This document shows, piece after piece, positions 60,037 to 64,000 of a DNA stretch of 64,000 nucleotides. The DNA is from an uncultured Gemmatimonadales bacterium (GTDB lineage Bacteria; Gemmatimonadota; Gemmatimonadetes; Longimicrobiales; Gaopeijiaceae), in contig CAWELD010000010.1 of the NCBI GenBank assembly GCA_963809895.1, positions 1,088,001-1,152,000 of the forward strand. Reading direction: 5' to 3'. The translations under genes and the position numbers were made by a program. Numbering within the stretch: the first letter of the stretch is position 1; each line of letters begins with the position of its first letter. Below the pieces are notes generated by a model that saw only the letters and a program-made list of their open reading frames with translations, was not told the origin of the DNA and searched no databases.

Positions 60037-61526
60037 ACTCCCCGTTCGATCCCCTGGCCCGGGCGGCCCTCGCGTCGCCCGACGCTCCGGCGCTCCGCGA
60101 CGGGGGGCGCTGGGTGTCCTTCGGCGAGCTCTCGGCCCAGGTGGAGGCTCATGCCGGCGTGCTGCGGCGCGCGGGAGCGGTGCCCGGTCAGCGCGTCGCG
60201 GTGGTCGTGGGATCGTCGGCCACGGGCATCCGCGCGCTCCACGCCGCCTTCCGGACCGGGGCGACGGTGGTGCCCCTGCATTCGGGCCTCACGGCGGCGG
60301 AGCTGGTGCCCGCCTTCACGCTCCTGCGTCCCGCGGCCGTGGTCGCCGAGGAGCCGAGCCTCTACCGCATGCGGGAGGCCACCAGGGATCTGACGGGTGT
60401 CATGGTCGTGGAGGTGGCGGGAGACGGCGCGCGGCCGGTGACGCCTCCCCGCGGGTCGCCGCCTGCTCCGGCCACCTTGCCGGGAGCAGCGGTGCTGTGG
60501 ACTTCGGGCACCTCGGGAGCCCCGCGGGCGATCCTGCTGACGGCCCGGGCCTTCGAGGCCAACGCGGCGGCCAGCGCCGCCCGCCTGGGGTTGGAGGCAT
60601 CCGACCGTTGGATGGCGTCGCTCAACCCGGCGCACGTCGGAGGGCTGGCACTGATCCTGAGAGCCGCGCTCCTGGGATCGGCGGTGGTGCCGCTACCTCG
60701 CTTCGACGTGGCCGAGCTCCTGGCGGGGATGGAGGAGGCCGGCGTCACGCACGCCTCGCTGGTGCCCACCCAGCTCCACCGCGTCGTCGATGCGTTGGAG
60801 GGGGGTCGGTCCGCGCCCGCCTCGTTGCGCGCCGTGCTCCTGGGCGGGGCCGCCGCGCCCCCGCCGCTCGTCCGGGCCGCCGGAGTGCGCGGGGTCCCGG
60901 TGGCGGTGACCTACGGGCTCACCGAAGCCACCTCGCAGGTGGCCACGGCCACGCCCGAGGAATCCCAGGCGGATCCGGCCAGCCCCGGACGCCCCCTGGA
61001 TTGCGTGGAGCTCCGCGTGGATCCCGACGGCGGGCTCCACGTGCGGGGTCCGACGCTGGCGGCCGGTCGCCTGCAAGCCGAGGAAGACGGTGCCGACGGT
61101 GGCTTCCGCGTGGCACCGCTGGTGGATCGAGACGGGTGGCTGGACACCGGCGACCTGGGCCGCCTGGACGAGGAGGGGCGGCTTCACGTCACCGGACGAC
61201 GCTCGGACCGCATCATCAGCGGCGGCGTCAACGTCGATCCCATGGAGGTGGAGGGTGTCCTGCTGGCCCATCCTTCGGTGGTGGAGGCGGCGGTGGTCGG
61301 CGTGTCCGATCCCGAGTGGGGAGAGCGCGTGGTGGCGGCGGTCGCGCTCCGATCCGACGGCCCGTTCCCCGGTGCCGAGGCGCTGTCGGCCTATCTGAAG
61401 GGCCGCCTGGCGGGGCCGAAGCGCCCGAAGGAGCTGCGAGTGGTGCAGGCGCTGCCCCGCAACGCGAACGGAAAGGTCGACCGGGCCGCAGTCCGGTCGA
61501 CCTTCCGATCCGCCGAGTCCGCCTAG
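60033..61526 (+). CDS. menE: o-succinylbenzoate-CoA ligase
   Basis: TSGTSG, HVGGL, SLVPTQL, YGLTE..SQ, TGDLG, IISGG.NV, WGE; coupled to menA. Confidence 0.88.
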   Translation: MNSPFDPLARAALASPDAPALRDGGRWVSFGELSAQVEAHAGVLRRAGAVPGQRVAVVVGSSATGIRALHAAFRTGATVVPLHSGLTAAELVPAFTLLRPAAVVAEEPSLYRMREATRDLTGVMVVEVAGDGARPVTPPRGSPPAPATLPGAAVLWTSGTSGAPRAILLTARAFEANAAASAARLGLEASDRWMASLNPAHVGGLALILRAALLGSAVVPLPRFDVAELLAGMEEAGVTHASLVPTQLHRVVDALEGGRSAPASLRAVLLGGAAAPPPLVRAAGVRGVPVAVTYGLTEATSQVATATPEESQADPASPGRPLDCVELRVDPDGGLHVRGPTLAAGRLQAEEDGADGGFRVAPLVDRDGWLDTGDLGRLDEEGRLHVTGRRSDRIISGGVNVDPMEVEGVLLAHPSVVEAAVVGVSDPEWGERVVAAVALRSDGPFPGAEALSAYLKGRLAGPKRPKELRVVQALPRNANGKVDRAAVRSTFRSAESA

Positions 61527-61557
61527 CTGGCGCTCGCCATCCAGTTGCCGTTCGCCA

Positions 61558-62304
61558 TCAGCGCCGGTTGCCGACGGGGCCGCCACCCAGGCCGAAGGCG
61601 ACGCCCACGCGGAACACCATGAGATTCGCCTCGGTGCGGTTGGGCAGGAGCTCGATGCTGCCGTCCGGATAGTCGATGATGTCACCCTTCCGCAGATACT
61701 CCGCCACGCCGTTGCGGTGGTAGGTGACGCCGAGATCGATCTGCACCGGACCCTTGGAGGTGTTTCCCACCTGGAACCGCAGGCCTCCGCCCACGCGCGC
61801 CGCGGTCACGAAGTCCGAGTAGTTCCGCGTGTTGAACAGGTCCTCGCTGTCGTCCAGGCCCGAGAGGCTGGACTCGGTGACGAAGTAGCTGAACCCCACG
61901 CTGCCGTTGAGGTACGGGCTCACCCGGCCCGGCACCGTCAACTCGGGGCCGATGCCGGCGAAGGCGATGGTGTTGGTGGTGTTCAGATCGGCGCCGATCC
62001 GGCACCCGATGGGCGGCGGAAAGCAGAGGCTCCGCCGCTCGTGACCGTAGACGATGAATCCCCCGTCCAGGCGCAGGGCCAGGACTCCATCCCCGCCCAT
62101 GGGGAAACGGCCGTCCAGCTCCAGCCCCCATCCGTCGTCGACCAGCTCTCCGAAGTCTCCCATGGGATCGGCGCCGATGATGCCGAGACCCACATAGGCC
62201 TTGGGGGGCGCCACCCGGCCATCCCAGTCGTCCCGGCGACGCTGGGCCTCTGCCGGAGCCGCCAGCGCCAGGACCATCACGACTGCCAGACCCGCTCTAT
62301 GCAC
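61558..62304 (-). CDS. outer-membrane beta-barrel protein
   Basis: Signal peptide AEA-Q, amphipathic strands, C-terminal FRVGVAFGL. Confidence 0.7.
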   Translation of the reverse strand: MHRAGLAVVMVLALAAPAEAQRRRDDWDGRVAPPKAYVGLGIIGADPMGDFGELVDDGWGLELDGRFPMGGDGVLALRLDGGFIVYGHERRSLCFPPPIGCRIGADLNTTNTIAFAGIGPELTVPGRVSPYLNGSVGFSYFVTESSLSGLDDSEDLFNTRNYSDFVTAARVGGGLRFQVGNTSKGPVQIDLGVTYHRNGVAEYLRKGDIIDYPDGSIELLPNRTEANLMVFRVGVAFGLGGGPVGNRR

Positions 62305-62551
62305 TTCACGTCCGCGTTGCACGATTCGCTCCTCGCGTTGCACTCGTCCCTGGGTCCCACGGGCTGCGGACCCCATCCCCACCCCCTGCAGGGCAAGCGG
62401 AATGCCAACTCCGCGCGAGGGCGCCAGGTGGGGCCGTGTCGCCCTCAACCGCCCGCAGGTGCTTCACTTACGTACGCGAGCGTCCGTTGGATTCAGCGTC
62501 CCGGGATGGGACGAAATGTCCTTTCAGGGGGACAGTGCGTGTCGGGAGGGA

Positions 62552-64000
62552 TCAGCGATCCGGACGGCCACCTCCGCTGAAGGCTGGCACGAGGCGCGCG
62601 ACCTCGCCGCCGGGGGCCCAGATGACCAGCGCCCGCACCGGACCATCGGACAGGACCCGGTGGATCACCTGGTCGCCGGGTCGCACGATGCCCACGCCGC
62701 CGGGCTCCAGTCGGTGGGACTTCCCGTTGACCTCGTGGTCCAGGACGCCGTCCAGGACGTAGAAGATCTCCGTCGATCCATGGACGTGGCCGCGAGAGGG
62801 GTCGGAGCCCGGGGGGAAGGTGATCTCCGCGAGCTCCACCTCGTCGCCCCCCAGGACGTCGGGCTCCACCCGCACGCGGATTTCCAGACCGCTCGGAGCC
62901 TTCAGGGTGCGGGTGACGCCCGGCGCCGGATCGTACGTGAGCGCCGCGCTCGACGGGTCGGGAGCCATGGCGTTCCCGGTGGTCGCACCCCCCGACGGTC
63001 CCCCTCCTCCCGGAAGGAAGTCCCTGCCCGAGAAGATGAACATGCGTCCGGTGCGTGGACCGGCGGCCACCGAGCTCCAGGCCGAGGTGAGGAGAAGATC
63101 CGGCGTGCCGTCGCCGTCCACGTCGCCTACGCCGGTGGCGTCGAACCCGAAGGTCTCGCCCATGACGTCGGCGGTGACCGAGCCGAGCAGGCTGCCGTCG
63201 CGACCCGAGTAGAGGTAGACCTTGCCCCCGCCGGGGGCGGCCGATGCGTGTTGCCAGGCCCCGATGACCAGGTCCGCGTGTCCGTCGCCGTCCACGTCGC
63301 CGGCGTCGGCGACGCCGATCCCGAAGCCGTCGCCTGCCGCCTCTCCCGTGAGCGTGTAGAGGCGCTCGCCGGTCTTGCCCGAGTGCACGTAGACGCGGCC
63401 CGTGCTGGGGCCCAGGGCGCCGTTGGCCCAATCCGACGCGTAGATGTCGGGGGTGCCGTCGGCGTCCACGTCGCCTACGACGGAGACGAACATGGCGCCC
63501 AGCTGTGCGCCGGTGGCATCGGCCTCGATGGTGAAGGCCGGCGTCTCGGACAGACCGCGGTAGACGTAGGTGCGGCCCCCGTTGCCCGCATTGGGCGCGC
63601 CGATGACGAGAAAGCCGCCACCAGGAGCGTCCGCCCCGGCGCCGGTGCTTCCGAACTGATCACCCGCCGACTCTCCGTGGAGCTCCAGGAGAAGGCTGCC
63701 GTCGGCGCCGGAGAAGACATACGCGGCGCCGGCATCCTGAGCCACGGCGTCGTTCAACGGTGCGCCCACGAACACGTCGTCGTGTCCGTCACCGTCCAGG
63801 TCTCCCACGTCGCTCGTCTTGCGCCCGAACGCCTCGCCGGCCTGGCGTGCCTCGATGCGGTGGATGACCCGTCCGTCCAGTCCCGAGAGAACCAGGGCGT
63901 AGTCGCCGAACGGCGCACCGGCCACGACGTCGGGTGTGCCGTCACCGTCCACGTCGCCGGCGGCCTCGATGCCCAGACCGAGCTGGTCGCCGGGTGAGCC
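62552..64000 (-). CDS. FG-GAP (integrin-alpha-like) repeat protein fused to a C-terminal cupin; 5' end lies outside the window
   Basis: Repeated GD(V/L)DGDG..D..VGAP motifs; cupin HVHGSTEIFYVL...H. Confidence 0.85.
   Translation of the reverse strand, partial: GSPGDQLGLGIEAAGDVDGDGTPDVVAGAPFGDYALVLSGLDGRVIHRIEARQAGEAFGRKTSDVGDLDGDGHDDVFVGAPLNDAVAQDAGAAYVFSGADGSLLLELHGESAGDQFGSTGAGADAPGGGFLVIGAPNAGNGGRTYVYRGLSETPAFTIEADATGAQLGAMFVSVVGDVDADGTPDIYASDWANGALGPSTGRVYVHSGKTGERLYTLTGEAAGDGFGIGVADAGDVDGDGHADLVIGAWQHASAAPGGGKVYLYSGRDGSLLGSVTADVMGETFGFDATGVGDVDGDGTPDLLLTSAWSSVAAGPRTGRMFIFSGRDFLPGGGGPSGGATTGNAMAPDPSSAALTYDPAPGVTRTLKAPSGLEIRVRVEPDVLGGDEVELAEITFPPGSDPSRGHVHGSTEIFYVLDGVLDHEVNGKSHRLEPGGVGIVRPGDQVIHRVLSDGPVRALVIWAPGGEVARLVPAFSGGGRPDR

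Overview
High-GC bacterial chromosomal window. The gene content and protein style suggest a Gram-negative organism, probably Gemmatimonadota, but this is an inference only. It holds about 65 tightly packed CDS; I saw no rRNA, tRNA, CRISPR array or transposase. Main blocks: (1) 0-17 kb, mixed housekeeping, stress and detox genes (FKBP PPIase, VPS10/BNR hydrolase, mscL, Fpg/Nei, a PadR-YfiT-MOSC-ArsN2 run, msrPQ, ChaN). (2) 17-30 kb, a hypoxia module: Usp and CBS genes, two HisKA_3 kinases (one lacks the phospho-His), a NarL-type regulator and a complete cbb3 oxidase operon (ccoNOQPGHIS plus a DsbD_2/TauE-type gene). (3) 30-44 kb, a candidate structured sRNA, a HEPN-like protein, recQ, yajQ, an ABC-F and an ATP-grasp/GNAT/TPP-enzyme operon. 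(4) 44-62 kb, classical menaquinone genes (menF-D-B ... menA-E) flanking the most striking element. That element is an 8.2-kb minus-strand operon encoding four multiheme c cytochromes (about 44 heme motifs), a putative outer-membrane porin, a Rieske protein and a PEWY-containing cytochrome b. It is a candidate complete menaquinol-to-cell-surface electron conduit. A divergent SARP/BTAD regulator and 11-bp-periodic direct repeats sit in its promoter region. Six genes carry apparent single-base frameshifts that look like systematic sequencing errors.
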